NCBI RefSeq assembly: GCF_006345805.1
Contig: NW_021824730.1
Coordinates: 1 to 17,926 of the forward strand
DNA length: 17,926 bases
Direction of reading: 5' to 3'
Source of the DNA: Octopus sinensis
Taxonomy: Eukaryota
Shown here: piece by piece, positions 1-9,062 of the stretch
Position numbering within the stretch: the stretch's first letter is position 1
Layout: each line of letters opens with the position of its first letter
The notes under the pieces: generated by a model
What the model saw: the letters and a program-made list of their open reading frames with translations, nothing else
Databases searched by the model: none
Told to the model about the DNA's origin: nothing
Translations under genes and position numbers: made by a program

Positions 1-235
1 CTATCAGCCCTTTTGCTATCATTCCCAGGGCACTATGACAACAGGTATTGTTTTAGTCTTCAGCTTCCACATTTTGCTGATTTCTATTTCAAGATCTTTA
101 TATTTGCTCAGTTTTTGGTAGGTCCTGACAGATACGTTTATATCGATTGGGACAGTCATATCAATGAGGAGGCATGTTCTTTGTTTGAAGTCTTTCAATA
201 TGATGTCTGGCCTATTTGCATCTATCTTCCTGTCA

Positions 236-237
<2 letters not shown>
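1..237 (-). mobile_element. 5'-truncated non-LTR retrotransposon fragment, R4/Dong-like clade, C-terminal restriction-like endonuclease domain; continues off the left edge
   Basis: Manual minus-strand translation from 237: TDRKIDANRPDIILKDFKQRTCLLIDMTVPIDINVSVRTYQKLSKYKDLEIEISKMWKLKTKTIPVVI, then a 1-nt frameshift near 33 gives GALGMIAKGAD. This matches the RPD...ID..VP...K..KY.DL..EI...W...V(I)GALG signature of R2/R4/NeSL-type RLE domains. Absent from the ORF track because no early Met. Confidence 0.85.

Positions 238-297
<60 letters not shown>
238..297. repeat. (TAT/TAA)n microsatellite abutting the LINE 5' truncation point
   Basis: Essentially perfect TAT array. Confidence 0.97.
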
Positions 298-299
<2 letters not shown>

Positions 300-974
300 T
301 ATTATTTCCATTATCATCATTATTGTTGTTGGTGTCGTGGTTGTTGTTGTGGTGGTGGTGTTATGATTTCGGTGTTCTTGCTGTGTTTTTTTTCTTATCT
401 TTTATTTTTTGTCATCATTAACTTTCAGTTATTATTCACTCTGTCATTGCTAATTATTTCGTTTTGATTGCTTTCTTCCCTCTACCACCACCTTCCTAAC
501 TAATTCTGATTTCCAATCACCGCTGCTTCTGCCACCACTGCTGCCGCCACCACTACTGCACTCACCGCCACCACGCCTATCACTGCGGCTGCCGTCGTAA
601 TTTTTTCTTTCTATCTTCAATATTTAGTAATTCCTTATTTTTTGTTATTGATATCATTGCTTGAAGATTTTTGTCACTCTTTCCTATCAGATTTTTTTTA
701 TTCAATCTTTGGCGTTGACTGCGCACTTGTTGTTACAGACTCAATATGCTTGTCATTGTTGCAGTTGAATGTATGTTGTTGTTGTTGTGCGTTGCTGACT
801 ATATTGTTGTTGCTGACATGTTGATAATGTACTTGTTGTTGTTGCTGTTGTACTCGCTATCAATTTGCAGTTCATATTTCTGCTGTCATTCTTAATGGTT
901 CACAATTTATTTTTTTCGTTGTTTATAATCTTATTACTGTCCATGATCATAATGTTGATGCTATTTTTAACGTC

Positions 975-1038
975 GCAACATAATCATCATCAGCAGCAGC
1001 TACGTTATCATCATCATTATTATTATTATTATTATTAT

Positions 1039-1083
<45 letters not shown>

Positions 1084-1276
1084 TAGTGGCAGTAGCAGTA
1101 GCAGCAGCAGCAGCGGCAGCAGCGGCAGCAGCGGCAGCAGCGGCAGCAGCGGCAGCAGCGGCAGCAGCGGCAGCAGCGGCAGCAGCGGCAGCAGCGGCAG
1201 CAGCGGCAGCAGCGGCAGCAGCAGTGTTAGTAGTAGTAGTATTAATATTCGTGGTAGTAATAGTAGTTATAGTAGT

Positions 1277-1314
<38 letters not shown>

Positions 1315-1330
1315 TAGTAGCAGCAGCAGC

Positions 1331-1370
<40 letters not shown>

Positions 1371-1440
1371 CTAGTAGTAGAACAGCAGCAGAAACAGCAC
1401 TGCTACTACTATACTACTACTACTACTACTACTACTACTA
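975..1440. repeat. Compound trinucleotide field (ATC, TAT, TAG, CAG/CGG, TAG, CAG, TAC blocks)
   Basis: Directly visible adjacent triplet arrays; source of the poly-Ala/poly-Val ORF 1077-1565. Confidence 0.95.
1113..1220. repeat. 9-bp higher-order repeat (GCGGCAGCA)x12
   Basis: Twelve exact consecutive units counted. Confidence 0.95.
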
Positions 1441-1526
1441 CGTCTCGTACTAAAAGGGGCAGCAGCGGCGGCAAAACAACCGTAGTTGTGAACGTCAGTC
1501 ATTTAAACATATCGTCAATCAGTGTG

Positions 1527-1560
1527 TTGGCCGGTTGGCCGGTTGGCTGGTTGGCTGGTC
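1527..1560. repeat. 8-bp tandem repeat TTGGC(C/T)GG x4
   Basis: ttggccggttggccggttggctggttggctgg. Confidence 0.9.
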
Positions 1561-1679
1561 AATGAGTCCAAGTGTAACCTTGTTGTATTGACTAAACTGG
1601 ACCTTACTGACCTCCAAATCATTACTTCATCCCTCATCATAATCAAAGGAGTAAAAGGGTCACTATGTGCTCCGCAGTT

Positions 1680-1912
1680 TGTTAGAAATAGCAACCAATG
1701 CTGCGCCATGCTTCTTCAAATTACACGCTACTGTCCCAAATTAAAAGAATGTACACTATAAATAACGTAGTCCTAGATACATATATACAGTGTCTGAAAA
1801 TCACATTGAATAACGTAGTCCTAGATATATTATGACTGATGTATTCCTAGAGGTACTGTGACTGAAGAACACATTAAATGGTGTAATCCTAGATGTGTAT
1901 ATATACACAGTC
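1680..1912. repeat. Degenerate interspersed-repeat fragment ending in a ~48-bp imperfect tandem repeat
   Basis: AATAACGTAGTCCTAGATA at 1761-1779 and 1809-1827, decayed GTA(A/T)TCCTAGA copies near 1841 and 1883; weak similarity to 2850-2930. Confidence 0.5.
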
Positions 1913-2012
1913 AAAAATTGTGAAGCATGACTGTCACCACTACTACATGAACCTGAAGATTGCATAATTTAATGCATGAAAGTACTAGTTCAATCAGAAT
2001 GAACATTTAACA

Positions 2013-2060
2013 TTCTATTATTTTATTTTATTTTATTATATTATATTATATTATATTATA
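2013..2060. repeat. (ATTTT)n/(ATTAT)n pentanucleotide repeat
   Basis: Visible array. Confidence 0.85.
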
Positions 2061-3099
2061 TCATTATAAGATTGTAAATAAAACGTGAAAATCAGACAAG
2101 GTTGGAATTCCTTTTATTAATATATTCTTCTATACACAATCACACACACCCGTATATATATCTATACATATATATATATACGTATACGTATACTTGCGTG
2201 AGTATGTGTATGATAAGAAAGTGATGCAGATCTTGAGCGCTGTTTAGTTTAACTGCGATGGTATAGGGAATAGTTTTTAACATTGCAGAGCAACGAAGAG
2301 CAAAAATCATAGATAGACAAACACACAAATCCTCGTTAGAGAGCGACGACTAGTAGAACCTAACTCTATGTTGGATCTACTGAAGATATTACTTGCAGAT
2401 GAGGAAAAACAAAAAATGTAACATTACTAATGTTGATTGCAATGAAAACAGCAGTAAGTGCAACAGCCGTGAAGACAAAAAAGTAAAAAGCAATTCATAA
2501 TCCGCCGTCAACACCGCCGCCACCACCACTACCACCAACATCACCATCGACATCATTTGTCTTCATGAATTTTGACAGCGTCATTTGCAGCTTACGCGCA
2601 AATTCTCGGGGCCCCATTATCATAGTCTCATAGTTTCTGCTAGATATATTACACACAGAGGGTCCTCCCCGCCGACCACGAATCCTTAGCTAAAAAGCAT
2701 ATTACAAGATACAAGCTTTCGAAGACTGGCGTTTAAGAAAATGGTGCAGACACACACACAATATATATATATATATAAGTTCAGCACAATTTAGATTCAT
2801 GAAACAATTGTACCGATAGATAGAATCTATTCACTGCCACCATGTACAAGAAGTACCAGCCAAATTTCACTCTAAGAACAGCCACATCTCTTTTGAAAAT
2901 AAAGGATACACTGGATACTTAAGTCTTAGGTTAAGTTTAATTCTATGGTAGGTTTCAACCTGATAATGTGGCCATGCTGGATCACCGCAACTAGGACAAA
3001 TAGAAAACTTCACGTATACGCTTGATATCTTTTCGCAGGAACCATATTAAAGTTCTTTGTATCGTTCGAATGTGTAGCATATGTGTATTGCCGAAGCAA

Positions 3100-3199
3100 A
3101 GTCGACCTCGGCGGAATTTGAACCCAGAACGTAACAGCAGACGAAATACGGCTACGCATTTTACCCGGCGTGCTAACGTTTCTGCCAGCTCGCCGCCTT
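3100..3199 (-). mobile_element. tRNA-derived SINE group A, head only (3'-truncated), 14-bp TSD
   Basis: Minus strand AAGGCGGCGAGCTGGCAGAAACGTTAGC...GGGTTCAAATTCCGCCGAGGTCGACT with A-box-like and B-box-like motifs; TATTGCCGAAGCAA at 3086-3099 and 3200-3213. Confidence 0.9.
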
Positions 3200-3467
3200 T
3201 ATTGCCGAAGCAATATATGGCTAGAAAAGTGACGTGGGGATGGGCATGGAAAGACAGCCGGGAATCAGATATGTACAACACAGAAAATAACCTCAACAAT
3301 AACAGCAACAACATGAGTGAGAAGCGAAGTCAAGAGAAAGTAAACATTATCAGGTAAAGGAAAAATTGAGCAAAGGTGTTGTAGGTGGCGCTCTTCAACG
3401 AACGACGTTTTCAATTTCCGCACTAAACGTAACGATTCCGTATCAATGCTAATATCGTTCACTGTTG

Positions 3468-3600
3468 TATATACATAAGTATATACATAAATGTGTATGT
3501 ATGTATGAATGTATGTATGCATGTATGTATGTGTGTATATATATATATATAAATATACATATATACACATATATATATTACATACACAAACGCAGACTAA
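3468..3600. repeat. (TA)n/(TATG)n compound microsatellite
   Basis: Visible array. Confidence 0.9.
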
Positions 3601-3641
3601 TTTTCAAAGACACACAGACATACATATATACATAGTTCGAT

Positions 3642-3810
3642 AGAAACGGGAAGAGAGAGTAAGAGAAAGTTGTGGCGAAAGAGTACAACAGGGGTCGCCA
3701 CCCTGCCGAAGCCTTGTGAAGCTTTTAGGTATTTTCGCTCAATAAACGCATACAACGCCCGGTCTGGGAATCGAAACCATGATCGAAACCACAAGAGCAT
3801 TGCGCCTCCA
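3642..3810 (-). mobile_element. tRNA-derived SINE group C, head internally deleted, no tail
   Basis: Aligns by eye to 4040-4211 and 11294-11475 (GGAGGCGCAATG...GACCGGGCGTTG...TTTATTGAGCGAAAA...TTTCGCCACAACTTTCTC); tRNA arm shortened with TCGAAACCA duplicated. Confidence 0.85.
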
Positions 3811-3919
3811 CATATATATATATATATACATATCTATCAACATATGCATATATATTTAAACATATATATGTGTGTGCGTATACGCATATATATATATGTA
3901 TGTATATATACGTATATAT

Positions 3920-4211
3920 CACGTGATCACGTGTCCGACCAGACCATCAGATGTTGCTACACATCGCTGGTTACAATGCATTCGCATTGTTTTAGCCTTC
4001 GAATGACGCCACCCCGCTGGCTAAGCGAGCAGGCCAACAGAAGAAAGAGAGAGAGAGAGAGAGTGGTGAAAGAGTACAGCAGGGATCACCGCCCCATGGA
4101 ACTTTTAGGTGTTTTCGCTCAATAAACACTCACAACGCCCGGTCGGTGTATCGAAACCGCGATCCTACGACTGCGAGTCCCCTGCCCTAACCACTAGACC
4201 ATTGCGCCTCC
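3920..4211 (-). mobile_element. tRNA-derived SINE group C with 3' tail ending in palindrome CACGTGATCACGTG
   Basis: Head GGAGGCGCAATGGTCTAGTGGTTAGGGCAG (A box) and GGTTTCGATAC (B-box-like), shared middle segment, distinct tail 3920-4040. Confidence 0.85.
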
Positions 4212-4247
4212 ACACACACACATATATATATATGTATATATATATAT

Positions 4248-4458
4248 AACGGGAAGCTTTATGAAAATAAACAAAAGGCGAAGGCAGGTGGAAGACAAAC
4301 GAACAATTGTATTAGTATGGCGCTCAGGAAATATAAATAAAACAAGTCTTTAACGTTTCGAGCCTACGCTCTTCAACAGAAAGATACACAGAGAGAGAAA
4401 AACACAGAAAGAAGGAGAGAAAAAAAATGCGTGCAGTAGCTAACGAATCAACATGGCG
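4248..4458 (-). mobile_element. ~210-bp non-autonomous element embedded in (TA)n, carrying a hammerhead-like motif; Penelope-like terminal-repeat derivative candidate
   Basis: Flanked on both sides by (TA)n; homologous second copy at 17853-17926 (shared AATAAACAAAA, CGAAG.CAGGTGG, ATTAGTAT); contains the motif at 4347-4384; no tRNA head. Confidence 0.65.
4347..4384 (-). ncRNA. Minimal type-I hammerhead ribozyme-like motif (one core deviation)
   Basis: Minus strand UCUUU-CUGUUGA-A-GAGC(GUAG)GCUC-GAA-ACGU-U-AAAGA: 5-bp stem I, 4-bp stem II with tetraloop, GAAA core, palindromic ACGU stem III, GUU cleavage triplet. Core reads CUGUUGA rather than CUGANGA. Confidence 0.6.
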
Positions 4459-4494
<36 letters not shown>

Positions 4495-4553
4495 ATATAC
4501 GTATATGTATATATATATATATATATATAGGCATATATACATATATATATATG

Positions 4554-4589
<36 letters not shown>

Positions 4590-4845
4590 TAAATATATAT
4601 GTGTGTGTTTGTATGTATACTAAAACGAACATGTTTTTAATGAGCCGTGCTAGAACACAAATGTCACCATACTGGGTTAAAAGCTACTTCATCACTCATT
4701 ACATGGCTATACACACCATACTCACTTAAACAACAAAAACCGCATTCATATACACTAGATATTGCACACACGCACACACACGCACGCACACACACACATA
4801 CACACACACACACACATACACACACACACACACACTCACACACAA
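4459..4845. repeat. (TA)n/(TATG)n tract (4459-4620) and (CA)n tract (4765-4845)
   Basis: Visible arrays separated by about 140 bp of unique sequence. Confidence 0.9.
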
Positions 4846-5049
4846 TTAGACCAATTTGAAACAGTTTGAGACATACCAACAGAGTTTTTAGTGAGATTGG
4901 TAGCCAAGCGAGAGAAAAATCAACAGAGCACATTTACGCTAAGTTGATTTATCAATATTTTCACTTCAACCTCTTCCACCCTTCCGACGACGAAATGACG
5001 GGGGTACGTATGTGAACATGCGCACGCACACAAAAGCTCATACGCGCGT

Positions 5050-5204
5050 GCATACACAGACATGCACATATACACATACAAACGCGTAGATAGACACACG
5101 CGTATAATATGCATATGTATATATATATAATTTGTCTATGAATGTGTGTATATGTACGTATGTATATATGTAAGTGTATGTGCGCATGTATGTATGTATA
5201 TATG

Positions 5205-5277
<73 letters not shown>

Positions 5278-5300
5278 GTAGACATATACATATATATATG

Positions 5301-5371
<71 letters not shown>

Positions 5372-5403
5372 ATACAGATAGAGATAGATAGATAGATAGA
5401 TAG

Positions 5404-5450
<47 letters not shown>
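5050..5450. repeat. Compound microsatellite (CA/CG, TA, GA, TA, GATA)
   Basis: Visible arrays; (GATA)n about 5380-5448. Confidence 0.95.
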
Positions 5451-5824
5451 GATGTTTTACACAGTTTGAAGTCATTTAGGTGCAAATTTCCAAGAGTTCT
5501 TTGAGTCAAGACAGATCCTACGATTTGTAAAGACTTGAGTGAATGAGTAATTTTGTGTTTCAGAGTATCTCTGCGTGTGCGGGCGTATATCTATGCGGAT
5601 GTACGCGTGGGCGTTTTTGTAATCGTGTAATATGCCTCGTTAGTCACATGGGAGTATTCGTGCAATTGATATTAATCATAAATCGTCGTACTCCTAATTT
5701 GAGTGTTTTAGGAACACATAATCTCCCTCAATGCGATGCTTTTCTCTTGCAAGGAACGCCACAGCGATTAGCATATATGCGTTCGAATCTATCGGAATTT
5801 ATAAAGAATGAATAGACAATTATC

Positions 5825-5825
<1 letters not shown>

Positions 5826-5874
<49 letters not shown>

Positions 5875-5930
5875 ACACACACATATATACATGTGTATAT
5901 ATATATGTATGTATGTATACACACATATAT

Positions 5931-5969
<39 letters not shown>

Positions 5970-6010
5970 TATATATATATATATATATGTATGTATATGT
6001 ACATGTATAT
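5826..6010. repeat. (TA)n/(TATG)n microsatellite
   Basis: Visible array. Confidence 0.95.
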
Positions 6011-6599
6011 ATTCCTGTAGAGCTTACTTACTGTGTGTACAGTGTCATCACTTTTTCATTTAAAGACATGTCTATATTAAAGATTAAACATTAATCCCGT
6101 TTATTTGATTAGTTCCGATTTAAACATTTAAATAGAAAGAGAAACATTTAATCCGTTAAATGATCTAAGTTAAATCACGAATATTTTAATTAGCCTAATG
6201 CAATTATAGACAGTATCTATAACGCTGCAATTTGAACGTCACTTAATTTAAGATTATTTTGTGGATTTAATTATTTTTTCTTCCACAAAATGGAATGTGT
6301 GCATTAATGATGGGAAATTATAAATCCGTATTGTTTTAATACTAATACTTGTAACTAATACTAGGGAGGGTAATCGAAGTTTCTCTAAATGGTATCACAT
6401 ATCTAAATCATTGAATATCTAATGATGATTAAATTATCTTGAGTTTCTGTCTCTTCATTTTTTTATGGTGGTGCGTGGGCGGGCGGTGCTCTCCTCGAAT
6501 TATAGAAATCATAAGGCCGATTAATCGGGTTCCATGTCGTAAATATATGACTGAGATCACAACGTACCTCTTGAAGAGGGTGCTGGGGCGTTGCAGGTT

Positions 6600-6805
6600 T
6601 CAATGCCAGCCGTTTTGAGGCAAGGGAACAATTCGATTTCATAAAAGCCAGTACTTGACTGGTATTTTATTTTCATTGACCCCGTTCGGATAAAAGGCAA
6701 AGTTGACCTCGGTGGGATTTGAACTCAGACCATAAAAAAAGAAATAACGAATACCGTTGATAATGTTACCCGACGTGTTAACGATTCTATAAAATCCGCC
6801 GCCAT
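6600..6805 (-). mobile_element. Old, diverged SINE group A copy
   Basis: GGCAAAGTTGACCTCGGTGGGATTTGAACTCAGA matches the group A B-box region; CCAGT-N5-ACTGG stem at 6648-6662. Confidence 0.75.
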
Positions 6806-6957
6806 TTTAAGTGCTATATAATCATACAATTCACTCAATTCCACCCGGTTCCTCTCTTAAATTCTCATGCTGATAGGTTTCTGTTCAACTTTCTATTTTC
6901 TAAGGACTGTGCTGGCTTCTTACAACACTAGGGCTTTCTTACTGCTTCATAAGATAA

Positions 6958-6994
6958 TAGCACTATGATCCAGCAACGCCGGGTCATAGTGCTA
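6958..6994. other. Inverted repeat / hairpin, 11 perfect bp plus 3 bp, 9-nt loop
   Basis: TAGCACTATGA-TCC / AGCAACGCC / GGG-TCATAGTGCTA. Confidence 0.85.
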
Positions 6995-7611
6995 GTGCAT
7001 GCATATACAGCTGCGTGCGTGCGCACATACACGCGAGTACTGTCCAAATCTCCGACCATTCACATACAGCTAGCTGGCATTCAATTGGAGTATCAAGTTT
7101 CGGGCATTTTGATTGGGTTTTGGATAGAAAATTCACAAAAAAGTCACTTCTATTGATTTTTTAATGGCTTTGTCGGGTGACTGGGGAAATGTAAAGATGT
7201 GAACGACCACCCTTGGACGGTTTTGAATGACCATAGAAAGTCCGAGCCCTCTAACTGAAAAATTATGGATTTGTATAAAGGACATGCACACACACACACA
7301 CACACACACGCACGCACACATTTTGCCGTTTATATATATAGAGAGATGCTTTGAGTTTCTGTCATGCTCAGAAATTGAACGACCCACTAAAATATCCATG
7401 GTATACTGGCAGCAGAGTCTTCACCAAGATCTTCAGATAGACTGTAAGGCTTATGATGTCACTGATCTGATCTGACGCATGAGACCAAACCATTTTGTAG
7501 ATAGGAAACCCGAATCTGGATTCAAACTAGACAACCGTTATCTCTACACTAAAAGAACATGTATTGTGATCGCTGTTTTTCCTTCCATTATTTTACACCT
7601 GCAATTATTCT

Positions 7612-7745
7612 GTTGAGAGGCCTAATTTGCCTGTTATCCTTTGGGGGCCGATAATATAGGCACCAGCTGTGTACTGAGGTCGAAATATTAGACTAGACTC
7701 CTTCACCAAATTTTCAGGGCTTGTGCTTATAGTAAGGATTTTTAT
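7612..7745 (+). mobile_element. Diverged 5'-truncated SINE group A (central domain plus CAGGCCTTGTGC-type tail)
   Basis: TTTGCCTGTTATCCTTTGGGGGCCGATAATATAGGCACCAG aligns to TTTGCCTTTCATCCTTTCGGGGTCGATAAATTAAGTACCAG; tail aligns to 12560-12600. Confidence 0.7.
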
Positions 7746-8417
7746 ATTTGCAATTAAATGCTCCATTCTTGTCAAACTACATCAAACTGCTAGATCGTGA
7801 GGGTTACGTTACGAGTACACTTGTCTGTGGAATACTCAAGTACTTACACGTTAATTGTCAGTGTAAGAATTTAATTGTTTGAACAACTGAATGGTCATCA
7901 TCAAAACTGAAGGATATTAGATAACTAAATATAAACTAAAAAAACTATCAAATAACTAAAGTCAGAAACTTGCTTATCTTTCGTTTATATTTCTTTCATG
8001 CAATCAAGCATATTTCTGTCACATAACGACGTTTTATTAAGCGTCTATTGCTTTGTAAATATTTTGTTAATTTTTAGTCTAAATAATGTATCAATCTACT
8101 ACCGGAACTGATAACAACTAGTTCAATAATCGATATACAAAATCGAAGTATCAAAGTGATTGATACTGTTATGGTTTCAATGCATAAAGAAACTAAACAT
8201 TGATGCTACCTTCAAAACTTCCATCTGACTCCGTTCGCAGAGATCTTAGGCTCTATACCCGTACTTTAAAAATTATCTAAAGTCCCCATACCAAACCAGT
8301 AAAGACTATCTTTTTAGAAAGAGAAACGCTTCTTTATTGTTCCATCATTCAGAAAATCACTTATAGGACGATTTGGCGCTGCCGTTTTGGTGCTGCTTAC
8401 TTGGCGTTAATGATTCT

Positions 8418-8656
8418 ACGTTGATTTATTTGACACGAGACACGCTAATATTACTCTCGTTCTCACCCTTGCTCTATCCGTGCCTTACTTCCTATTTCTT
8501 TCTCTTCTCTCTGTTTTCCCCTGTGTGTGCGAATATATTACTCTGTGTATGAACATAAGGAAAAAGTACTGCCGAAAGAGGAAAAAATACAGCACGAAAA
8601 AATACTGTCGCCAAGACAGGCTGAACATTCGGCCAGCTGTGTCAAATCATCAACGT
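8418..8656. mobile_element. Candidate MITE with ~18-bp imperfect terminal inverted repeats
   Basis: Left ACGTTGATTTATTTGACAC (8418-8436) versus reverse complement of 8639-8656, ACGTTGATGATTTGACAC; three internal GAAAAA(A)(G)TAC(T/A)G motifs at 8560, 8581 and 8596. No clean TSD. Confidence 0.4.
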
Positions 8657-8805
8657 TGTAACCCTGATTTAGTTAGAAAAGAAAGCCTTGATTTCTAATA
8701 TTCATCTGGGACCACAAAAATTTTGGAGACCACGTTAAATCATATTGACCTTTGACCTTTACAAGTATTTTATCCTCTCATAATTAAACACAATACCGCA
8801 ACATA

Positions 8806-9008
8806 TGTGCAGGCGTGGCTGTGTGGTAAGTAATTTGCTTCCCAAGCACATGGTTGCGGGCTCAGTTCCAGTGCATGGTACCTTGGGCAAGTGTTGTGTG
8901 CTATATCCTTAGGCAGTGGATTTGGTAGACAGAAACTAAAAGAAGTATGTATGTATGTATGTATGTATGTATGTATGTATGTATGTATGTATGAATGCAT
9001 CTATGTAT

Positions 9009-9062
<54 letters not shown>

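Noticed and set aside
13-467. Plus-strand ORFs with poly-Tyr, Ile and Leu runs
   Set aside because: They are the antisense of the LINE fragment plus the (TAT)n array.
1077-1565. 162-aa poly-Ala/Val/Thr ORF
   Set aside because: Pure translation of stop-free trinucleotide arrays.
3383-3445. CGCTCTTCAACG match to the hammerhead element and a TAAACGTAA motif
   Set aside because: Only about 11 nt match; no stem I or stem II can be built in either orientation.
4324-6094. Many YI/HT/CV dipeptide-repeat ORFs
   Set aside because: Translations of (TA)n, (CA)n, (GA)n and (GATA)n tracts.
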